From Gammaproteobacteria bacterium (GTDB lineage Bacteria; Pseudomonadota; Gammaproteobacteria; JABABF01; JAHRAO01): a DNA stretch of 64,000 nucleotides. The translations under genes and the position numbers were made by a program. Positions 50,869-59,800 of the stretch are shown one piece after another. The DNA lies in contig JAHRAO010000018.1 of assembly GCA_020027215.1 (NCBI GenBank), forward strand, positions 10,013 through 74,012. Direction: 5' to 3'. The notes below the pieces were generated by a model. It was not told the origin of the DNA, did not search any database, and saw only the letters and a list, made by a program, of their open reading frames with translations. The first letter of the stretch is position 1, and each line of letters starts with the position of its first letter.

Positions 50869-51364
50869 AAGAATTGATCTTATGAATAATCCAACATATT
50901 TGGAAAACTTTGTAGAACCCGCTGTGCTTAACCGCAAACGTTTAGAAATTAATGAAATTCTAAATATATAATTCCCACATTGAAACACTCGCTTCATTGT
51001 CCTCAAACACATTAAAAAGCCATACCCGCTACAACATTCCCAACGTTGCAGAACGAAAGGGTACGGCATACAATATTGTCACTTAAAAGTATGCTCCCAA
51101 AAATTATTGACGAGGATGTTGTTTGTGTCATTCACGACCCCACTCCCGCAAAAAATTTCGTCCAGTCCATTGTTGCCGCACAATGAGCAATGACACTTTT
51201 GGGTTGCAGTAGTGGTGTTTGGTGGGGGCGATAGTTGCCGAAAGTTATATCACCGATGGTTTATCAAATTGGGGGCAATGGACTGTGTGAACGGAGGCAA
51301 TTGACGACTGGATTTTTAAGCGATTGAAGCATCAACAATAAATTGATTCTCCAAAATATTGTGA

Positions 51365-52015
51365 CTATTGTAACAATCTCGTGACGATCTTGTTATCAGA
51401 ATAACTGTGTCTTTGCGAGGAGGGACGGGCTTGGGTGCCATCAACGATCATTGCGTGATGTGAATTGCATACGCTCTGTGGACATTCTGTATTCATTTCA
51501 ATTTTTTGGTGGGCAGTGTGAATGTCTATGGCACCAGAACACAAACATATATAATCACGCTCAGAATCGACTTTCATATACATCATCGTATTCCGCACGG
51601 TCACTTGTGAAATTTTAGATTCCAGCTCCAATATGGAAGCGGTCTCATCGGGACGGACGACATAGGATAATAGTTTACCTTTTTGGATACTCAATTTAGT
51701 TTTTGTCCCCAGTGACGATACGCGTAAATTACTGACCCCGCGCAGTAAAAATGCATTATGCCCTACAGTAAATCCCACTGCCGAATCGGGTTCTTGTATC
51801 GAAATATTAGCATCATGAGCATTAAATGCGCCGGGGGATGCGCGTTCACCATTGATGAACACTTCTCCCTCCAATATTTTTATCGCATCAGGCAAATCTG
51901 CATTTGATCCCAATGCGAAAAGTGGGGAATGATTGAGCACATAAGGATGGGCTTTTGCGACTACAGACAATCCTGTAGCGGCAAAAGCCCAGTGGAGAAA
52001 ATTTCTTCGATCCAC
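51365..52015 (-). CDS. Tat-signal exported hypothetical protein, paralog A (FecR-domain-like beta-rich region, CxC motif)
   Basis: The N-terminus MDRRNFLHWAFAATGLSVVA carries a twin-arginine RRxFL motif. It is a paralog of the next gene (GEVFINGERA../GKVFVNGKLA.., ..NAFLLRGVSNL../..DAFLLRSNSQL.., DYICLCSG/SYLCTCYG). Confidence 0.4.
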   Translation of the reverse strand: MDRRNFLHWAFAATGLSVVAKAHPYVLNHSPLFALGSNADLPDAIKILEGEVFINGERASPGAFNAHDANISIQEPDSAVGFTVGHNAFLLRGVSNLRVSSLGTKTKLSIQKGKLLSYVVRPDETASILELESKISQVTVRNTMMYMKVDSERDYICLCSGAIDIHTAHQKIEMNTECPQSVCNSHHAMIVDGTQARPSSQRHSYSDNKIVTRLLQ

Positions 52016-52019
52016 TAAT

Positions 52020-52757
52020 TTAATAGTCTATCTGACGTGGCGCCTTATAGATATCTGGTTTGATCCCAAACGGTGGCACACGTCCTAATAGCCCTTCAAT
52101 AAGAGCAAGTTCCTGGTCCGTATGATTCTTGAATGGAGCAGATTCTATTTTTCTGCCAGTCGGAGCATCATTGACCAAGTAGCGCGGTTGGTCATGGTAT
52201 TCCGATTCAATGATTTCACGACTATTCGGGTCAGATTGGGAAGCAACTTCCACCATACCATAACATGTGCACAAGTAACTCGCATCGGGATCATTTTCTA
52301 AATAAAAACCAGTACCACGCACCGTCAAACCCCAACCGGCAGTTTGCATATTTAAGGGCTGTTCATTTTCCCCGCGTTTACCGAAAACAGACAACACTTT
52401 TCCCGAAACCACATCGATCTTTTCGACTTCTCCCGATTTTTGTTTCCCTTGGAAAGAGAGCTGGCTATTACTGCGGAGTAAGAATGCATCCTTCCCAACA
52501 GCAAAAACCGCTCCGCTATTTGAACCAGAAGCAACGCTATCATTTGGTCCAATTACCGTACGCTTATTTGCTAATTTGCCATTAACAAAAACTTTACCTT
52601 TAATGTCTTGAAAGGATCTGCCTTTACGCAAAGAAGGTTTGCCATCCGCACCCAATACAATGCGTGGAACAGCCACCGATAAAAGACCCAGAGTCAAAAA
52701 TTTGACTAATACATCCCGTCGGGTCGCAATAAATAAATCTATATCTCTAATTTTCAT
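52020..52757 (-). CDS. Tat-signal-like exported hypothetical protein, paralog B (FecR-domain-like)
   Basis: TRRDVLVKFLTLGLL.. signal-like N-terminus. The conserved blocks shared with paralog A include WGLTVRGTGFYLE, which resembles the FecR-domain signature. Function unknown. Confidence 0.4.
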   Translation of the reverse strand: MKIRDIDLFIATRRDVLVKFLTLGLLSVAVPRIVLGADGKPSLRKGRSFQDIKGKVFVNGKLANKRTVIGPNDSVASGSNSGAVFAVGKDAFLLRSNSQLSFQGKQKSGEVEKIDVVSGKVLSVFGKRGENEQPLNMQTAGWGLTVRGTGFYLENDPDASYLCTCYGMVEVASQSDPNSREIIESEYHDQPRYLVNDAPTGRKIESAPFKNHTDQELALIEGLLGRVPPFGIKPDIYKAPRQIDY

Positions 52758-52945
52758 ATCCCATCACCATACATATTCTAATTACTATAACCTATATAGT
52801 TAACATAAATTAATTCTAAGATATAACAAAGTAAATAATTCACACTTCTATAATGTATTATTACCATAACAATAGTTATTTCCTTATATTTATTATAACG
52901 CAATTGAAGATACGAGTATACAAATGGCACAATTGATGATCGCAG

Positions 52946-53608
52946 ATGATGTCGGCTAGTCTCCTCTATGTCCTCACTTATTACAAGCGCACCCGCAATA
53001 TGTCCCGTATTTGTCAAATCATGCGGAGCACACCAGAGACAGATACTTTACTGATCTGTAACGGCGATATAAATCGCATTCAATCGTATACATACGATAT
53101 CCCTGTTATTGTGACCGATAACCGCTGGAAAAATTTTCAGCGGCATATCGTCATCCAAAATTTCTTGCGGCACAAAACATACGATCATGTCCTCCTTTTA
53201 GATGATGATGTCATCCCCTCCTTTGAATTACCACATTATTTTTTATCGGGCAGCGCCCCGCATACCATAGTAGGCGGATGGGGGTATCGCATTGATGGTG
53301 ATGATTATACGCGCAGGACCAAAATAGAGGATGGTAGTGAATGTCATTATATGGGGGCGGGAATCACACTTTATCCGAGTGATTTTTACCGCCACCTCAA
53401 TTTAATGAACATTGATGCCAATATGATGGTGATGGATGATATATGGCTAAGTTATATGGCAAAATGCCTCAACTATCGCCTGCTGGGAATGTCATGCCAG
53501 CATTGGCAATTCAAAGGCAATGATGATCGGCATGCCACTTACTTGCGGCTCGGCGAAAATAAAAAGAGAAAGTATTGGCGTGCGCTATTTGTAAATGAAT
53601 CTCACTGA
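52946..53608 (+). CDS. Hypothetical protein with a DXD motif (possible GT-A-like glycosyltransferase)
   Basis: 220 aa containing YDHVLLLDDDVIPS (hydrophobic strand plus DDD) and a later MMVMDDIWLSY. Preceded by a ~190-bp very AT-rich divergent promoter region. The start could be an internal Met. The family is not firmly recognised. Confidence 0.3.
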   Translation: MMSASLLYVLTYYKRTRNMSRICQIMRSTPETDTLLICNGDINRIQSYTYDIPVIVTDNRWKNFQRHIVIQNFLRHKTYDHVLLLDDDVIPSFELPHYFLSGSAPHTIVGGWGYRIDGDDYTRRTKIEDGSECHYMGAGITLYPSDFYRHLNLMNIDANMMVMDDIWLSYMAKCLNYRLLGMSCQHWQFKGNDDRHATYLRLGENKKRKYWRALFVNESH

Positions 53609-55956
53609 GGCGCACCCTGCATAATCCAATTCACCATAAGGTCGTAATTGGCACGATCGCCAACGCGAAGGTTAAATCCACTCCGTATGCCGCCACCATG
53701 ATTTTCGGTTGACGGTTTAATCAAAATTTTACTCCAGCGCGGATATTGAAAATTGACCCATTCTACCGTTGCTTGATAAATCGTCCCTTTATTATCAGGC
53801 TGTTGTTCTGAAAACCATACCGGAATATTAGCGTAAGCAATCTGATTTCCAGGTGTTTTCTGTTGGTGACAGGTCACACATGCATTTGAATCGTCAGCAC
53901 TCGGGTTATTAAATTTAGGATCTAAAATGGATCGGATATGCGATGTAAAGTTCACCGTTGACGGCAAACTATTGTCCACTGTAATACGGTGGGACGCTAT
54001 GGAATCTTGATCGGCATTACCATTACCTACCCGCAATTCTATAGTATATTCACCTGGAATACTAGTTTCTAAAGAAGCGAGCACGCTATCTGCATTACGC
54101 AGAGCAACATCACCTGCAGTCGCATTCGTCGGCATACTCCGCACAGTCCATTGGTATTGTTTGGCAAATTGACTGCCAATACCATTAAGGGTCACTGGTG
54201 ATGCGGCATGACGATCCGGACCTGGATCGGAAATGGGACGACCTGGAAGTAGTATATTCCCCGTTGCACCGCGGCGAGTAAAGTTTGGAATAGCCGCCGC
54301 CAAAAGTTCTAATTTGCGCGGGTCGCCAAATAAACGGTTGTAGTTTAATCCAGATAACGGCATAATACCTAAATCAAAGATATAGCTTTGGAGCTGTTCT
54401 CCATAAGAGATAAAATCTTGGTAATTTGATAAATCCACCACCGGATTGAATCGGCGTCCTTCCGCTTCACCAGGCCAACTACTTCCTCGTCCGGCATGAC
54501 AAACATGGCAATTAGGACCAACCACTTCACGGAAAATTTCCTCCGCTATCAATGGGGGGTCGTTGTCTAATGGGTCATGCCTCCATCCGCTCGGGATAAA
54601 ATCTTCCCTATAGTATGCGGAGGGAAAATTAACACCTCCATACCATCCCTCCACGAGTTCGCGTAGCAAATCGCCTTGCCAATATCCATCATTGGCGCGT
54701 GGTTGACCATAGTTGACCATTCGACCATTATGTTCACGCATACATATCTGTTTATCATTTGTCCCGGGGTAGGTACAATACAGCATGATATTCATCCTTT
54801 TAATCATTGCCTCTTGCGCCGTCTTAGTATAAGCGGATATATTTTCGGAAAAAATCAAATCAACAACTTCTAAAGGCTGTAATAACGCTTTTGTATCACC
54901 GTTATTACGGTAAATAAAACCACTGATGGCATTCGTGGCAGTGGAACGCACCAGTGGTTGCGTCAGTCCGTTATGACAAACAATACATGGGCCGGGCATG
55001 GATTTAGCACCGCGACCATCTAAATCCACGACAAGTAGCCTATTGCCCGCCGGATCAAAAGTATAGAACTGGGCAAAACGCGTTCCATCAGGGGCTTTAC
55101 TAAATTCAATTGCATTCGTCCCCACTAAATAACGCCGATCATCCATAATTGCCGCTTCTAAACTCAATGCATTGCCATATTCCGCAGGAGATATCGCACC
55201 TTGGGTTTCGGTGCGCACTAAGTAATTGCCGACAAAGACCGACAAAGATTCGTTTCCGCTGCTGGTACCAGGATTTTGACGCATAAACATATTACGACCA
55301 TAACCCAAATCTCTTGCATCGCGAAAAATAATATGTGCATCGTGTCCTTCATCAAATCCATTGACTTTTTTCCAATCCTCCAAAGTGGTGCGCGTATTGC
55401 TCGGGTCAATAGTTTGATAATACGCCCGAGCGTGGAGTTCGTAATCTATCAATGAACGTTGTAACAACAAGCGATTATTTTCTGCCGTCGCGCGCATTCT
55501 ACCGTGTTCATCAAAAAAATAAAAACTATAGTTATTGGTCGGTGACGTTGCCAAAGATGCGCTCAATCCGCCGGGGCGAGAAACCATAATGGGATAACAA
55601 TTGTCGTTAGATCCCACCACAAAACTGCCACTCGGTAACTGGCAATTACTGCGTTGCATTACGGTTGGGCTACTTCCTGTCAATTCAACGCGTACTGACA
55701 TATTGTTTGCCGCTGCCATGCGCAAGAGTAAAGTATACCGCCCCGCTGGCAAACCGCGTTGCTGATTTACTAGCTGTAAATACTCATTTGGGCCACTCCG
55801 ATCAACCGACGGTAACCCTTGCAGCACTTGTAATTGATCGGTGACTTGGTTATTGTCACCCCCACACCCCGCAACGAACAATAACATCAAAAAGATATGC
55901 CGTTGAATATAAGGGGTCCGGCGAAATAATAAGTGATACAACATTTTTTTTACCAT
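53602..55956 (-). CDS. Large lipoprotein with three c-type heme-binding CXXCH motifs (putative triheme cytochrome c)
   Basis: Signal peptide with lipobox LLFVAGCGG. CIVCH, CHVCH and CVTCH were each verified on the DNA. Only 10 Cys occur in 784 aa, and 6 of them are in CXXCH motifs. Candidate distal Met ligands are IMP/RMNIM. The start lies 5 nt after the upstream OMP stop. Confidence 0.55.
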   Translation of the reverse strand: MVKKMLYHLLFRRTPYIQRHIFLMLLFVAGCGGDNNQVTDQLQVLQGLPSVDRSGPNEYLQLVNQQRGLPAGRYTLLLRMAAANNMSVRVELTGSSPTVMQRSNCQLPSGSFVVGSNDNCYPIMVSRPGGLSASLATSPTNNYSFYFFDEHGRMRATAENNRLLLQRSLIDYELHARAYYQTIDPSNTRTTLEDWKKVNGFDEGHDAHIIFRDARDLGYGRNMFMRQNPGTSSGNESLSVFVGNYLVRTETQGAISPAEYGNALSLEAAIMDDRRYLVGTNAIEFSKAPDGTRFAQFYTFDPAGNRLLVVDLDGRGAKSMPGPCIVCHNGLTQPLVRSTATNAISGFIYRNNGDTKALLQPLEVVDLIFSENISAYTKTAQEAMIKRMNIMLYCTYPGTNDKQICMREHNGRMVNYGQPRANDGYWQGDLLRELVEGWYGGVNFPSAYYREDFIPSGWRHDPLDNDPPLIAEEIFREVVGPNCHVCHAGRGSSWPGEAEGRRFNPVVDLSNYQDFISYGEQLQSYIFDLGIMPLSGLNYNRLFGDPRKLELLAAAIPNFTRRGATGNILLPGRPISDPGPDRHAASPVTLNGIGSQFAKQYQWTVRSMPTNATAGDVALRNADSVLASLETSIPGEYTIELRVGNGNADQDSIASHRITVDNSLPSTVNFTSHIRSILDPKFNNPSADDSNACVTCHQQKTPGNQIAYANIPVWFSEQQPDNKGTIYQATVEWVNFQYPRWSKILIKPSTENHGGGIRSGFNLRVGDRANYDLMVNWIMQGAPQ

Positions 55957-55961
55957 AAAAC

Positions 55962-56843
55962 TTAAAAAATACTGGTGAAAGTCATGCGATAAAGCAAGCG
56001 TTCATAGCGATTACCTCCATCCGCCCTCACCTGCACCGTACGAGCAGATAAATCTAAAGAGCGTTTGTTATTATGGAACGCCATAACACCTCCCAAGGAA
56101 AACACATGCGTATCACCTTTCAAACGGTAAGCAAATTGGTTTTCCTGTGATCCACCAAACACTTCATCTGGTTCTATTGCGCGGGCATTATTAATCACAT
56201 TTAATGGCGCAATACCACTTGAAGTCGTATCGCCCGTGAGAAACCTGTAATTAGTATAGAGCAAGAAATTATTACTCAATTGAAAATCAAAATTAGTAAA
56301 TAGCCCAGTGTTAATCGTATCAAATGTCTCACCTTTTGCTTCACGTTGGCGGTAGTCAATCCCCGCAAAAAAAGATGTGCGCAGTGATAATGGCGAGAGC
56401 ATTTGCATGCCGTAAATATAGGTCGTTGAATCGCGCCTATCGGAAAACACATCATCCTCTACGACGCGTACAAAAAGTTGATAACGGTTGGAAAAGGGAC
56501 CGAGGGAACGTGCAAAATGTAATGCCAATTTTGTCTCGTATTCATATTCGCTTAATTCGTTAAAATGCCTGAAATCTGTGTAAGCCACTTTTCCATGGAG
56601 GGTCACAAACACCTTGTGGCTAATATTTTTTGCCAAATTGACTTGCATGTTGGCCGTGTTCAATATATCCTCACGGCGAATATCTGATTTTTCTGCCGTA
56701 TTGACATTATTATCCAACACAGCGGATAGGCCAAAAAAACCTGAAAAGCCATCCAAGAAATCAGCGTTTGCCGTCACGGAATAGCAACACAATACAAAGC
56801 CGATCCATATCGGGCGACAGGCATATGCCATCACCTTAATCAT
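55962..56843 (-). CDS. Predicted outer-membrane beta-barrel protein (small OMP, family unassigned)
   Basis: Signal peptide ..IWIGFVLCCYSVTANA followed by alternating amphipathic beta-strand-like segments and a C-terminal ...RMTFTSIF ending in Phe, as is typical of OMPs. The start is chosen at the Met forming an ATGA overlap with the adhesin stop. The ORF track begins at 56861. Confidence 0.45.
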   Translation of the reverse strand: MIKVMAYACRPIWIGFVLCCYSVTANADFLDGFSGFFGLSAVLDNNVNTAEKSDIRREDILNTANMQVNLAKNISHKVFVTLHGKVAYTDFRHFNELSEYEYETKLALHFARSLGPFSNRYQLFVRVVEDDVFSDRRDSTTYIYGMQMLSPLSLRTSFFAGIDYRQREAKGETFDTINTGLFTNFDFQLSNNFLLYTNYRFLTGDTTSSGIAPLNVINNARAIEPDEVFGGSQENQFAYRLKGDTHVFSLGGVMAFHNNKRSLDLSARTVQVRADGGNRYERLLYRMTFTSIF

Positions 56844-59800
56844 TGGTTTATGAATCTGCATAATTTTATCTTTCTTGCAATTATAAGATATATTTTAACC
56901 CCAACCAGCAATAAGAGCAAGTATAATATTATCTGCCCGATTGCCCCGCCGCGCGCGAGAATCGGGGTGGGAGGAATTACTTTCTGTGGGAGTGCCAATT
57001 TTATAGTCGTTTCCAGCACCCCATTCGCCATGCGATCATCATCGTAGATCCCTCCATCACGCAACGATATCCTCACACATCGGCTTGAACCGTGTAAACC
57101 TAACACGTATGCGCTACTGCCCGGGGGGGGACATCCTCTTGTCGAATCGCCAATAATACTCGCAAACTGGGTGCCGCTTGCCGCATTCGCGACCACCGAC
57201 TGCCACATACCAGCACGACGATTATATCTCCGCCACTGCGCATCAGAAGTCAAGCCAATAGGCAATTCAAATATTATACCAATATCCTGTCCAGGCATAG
57301 CTCGATTGACAACAAAAGAATATATAGCACTGATATCAACAAATTTACTGTCCGTCACGATAGCGGTACTGGTCACCATATCCCCATTTTCTCCACCAAA
57401 TTGTGCAATTTGGTGGTAAGTAACGCCAACACCTCCTGAAATAGTGCTACCAGCTAAAGCAATTGCACTCGGTTGTAACACCAATCCCGGCATAGTTTCA
57501 ATTAAGTAAGGGGGGGAACTGTTCGGATAAACATGCATCACATGCATAGGGAGGGATGAGTGTTGCGTCACAGTACTCGCTCGCCACACGCTTGCAATAT
57601 CGGTGCGCATGGGGGGAGCGCCATTATCGGTGATAGTGACGGCCAAACGATAGAGCCTGTGGGGAATCAGATTGCGCGCATCAAAGCTAAACATGCGTAC
57701 CGAAGACATTGGGGCAGCAAAAGAAGCATCACTCCCTCGCCAACTGATATTCTGTTGGTTATCTGCATTGGGATCTCTAATGTTGAGGAGCACCGACACT
57801 GGCGTTGTACTGATCGGAATAACATTATTGGATAACAACACTCCGTCTTGCCGCAAATCAAACCAAGCCGTTGACGGAAAATTGTCTTCAATAATAGAAA
57901 TCCTATGGTCGCGATTACCGCGCAAGGTTGCCCCTATAGCGGACTGCAAACGCACAACTATTGTCTCTTCTCCTTCTTGTACATCATCATTACATATCGA
58001 AAAATTAATCGCGGCGCTGGTTTGGCCTTGAGTAATCATAGTATTACGGAAAGAAGGGAGCACAACATCCACTCCAGAGGCACAACTATCGCCGACCATT
58101 GCCGTGCCTGACACAGTATAAGTCACAGTGACAGGATAGAACGGGGTCACGCCATTCAGTATGAATTGGATTGTGCCCGTACTGCCCTCTCCCAATACTT
58201 GATTATTTCCCACTTCCACAATGGGAATAATATAAATCGTCTGGTTAATAGTACTTTCAACGGGTTGGCTTATACCTTCAAATGTCGCCCGCCAAGTAAT
58301 AATATGCCGTCCAGTAGTTAAACTCAGGCTCACCGCGGGCGCAAAGACCGTTAAAGATTGACTAGTATTAAATAATTGTGCGCTCGGCCGTTCTAAAGCA
58401 CTCAGTGGAGTTAGTCGTCCAACCGCTGCAATGATTTGTTGCATTTGAGATAGCTGCCATACCACAGCATATCCCGGCAATTGATCCATAAAATATTCAT
58501 TTGCATTAGGTAATAAATCGCCATCTAAATCTTCCAAAGCATCCGATATACCGTCATTATCACTGTCTGCGTTGAGTGGGTTTAATCCATAAATAATTTC
58601 CCATTCATTGGGCAATCCATCGTTATCGCTATCATGTGGTAAGGTTATTACCACTTGGATCGTTGATGATGAGCGCGCACCATCTTCGTCAGAAATGGTG
58701 TAATGCATTACTTCTGGTTGTTGGGGTAAAGTCACTTGACGACAGAGCGGAATATAATGGATACTATTGGTCTCTGTATCAATAGTGATTGTGGCTGAAG
58801 CCTGAATCGGAGTCACCTGTACAATGTCTAAGAATTGATTCTCACTATCAAAATCATTACGTTGTGGCATAAATCGGTTGATTACAGGCGGAGTTTCACA
58901 CGAACTAATTACTGAAAAATAATCAGGATACGCCACTGGCGTATCGTTCACTGGGTTCACTTCAATATCATAAAATTGATTGGAGATGGTATCGTTTGCG
59001 CCATCCCGTACCAGATAAATAAACTTATCACTGGTCGTCTCGCTACCATCGTGCCGATAACTCACCATGCCTGCGTCTAACATGGCTTGCGAAAATTGAG
59101 TGACGCGCTCGTCAGGGGTATCCGCCTTGATCAGTCGCCCATAAGATGGTTCTTGGACAATATTGTAAAGGATCTGGGAAACAGGGTGATCATTATCCGC
59201 CACCGATAAACTCATTGAAGTGAGCACTGCCTCACTTCCCTCATCCAAGACCAATGTTCCGGTAGAAACAATGTGGGGTACATCATTGACATCGCGAATA
59301 TTAATTTGCAAAGATAGAGGCAGAGAAACAGTTGCACCATCATAAACTGTGAGATTAAATGATGTCGTGCGAATTGGCGGATTGGGGTTTTCACTGCCAT
59401 CATGCACATAACGCAACCGTTGATCAATCCCCATCATATCGCGCATCAAATCATCATTGACATCTTCTTGCGAAAAAATATCTCCCGTCCCCAAAAAACC
59501 GTGCTCTAACATCAGCACTCCATATTGCGGTGTGCTGATGAGCGTATAAATAATATCAAAATCTAATGGTCCGTCGCGATCGATTAAACGCAGGACATTA
59601 TCATCAATCGCAACGACCCCGCCTTCGTCCACCCATATGGTTGCAGTGACAATAGTGGGGGTGGTATTATTAGAATCAATGATTGCAACAAGTGTTTGAG
59701 TGACCACCATAGCGGGCGCATCTGTGTCGTGTACTGCATAGAGGATTTCATCCCGCCCGTTAGAAGCATCCCCGCGCGGTATATGGTGATTGTAAACAAT

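Noticed and set aside
51030-51062. Hairpin GCCATACCC...GGGTACGGC downstream of lpxH as a terminator
   Set aside because: The stem is imperfect (one mismatch in 9 bp), the loop is about 33 nt, and no U-tract follows. It is not a convincing intrinsic terminator, and I mention it only within the long-intergenic finding.
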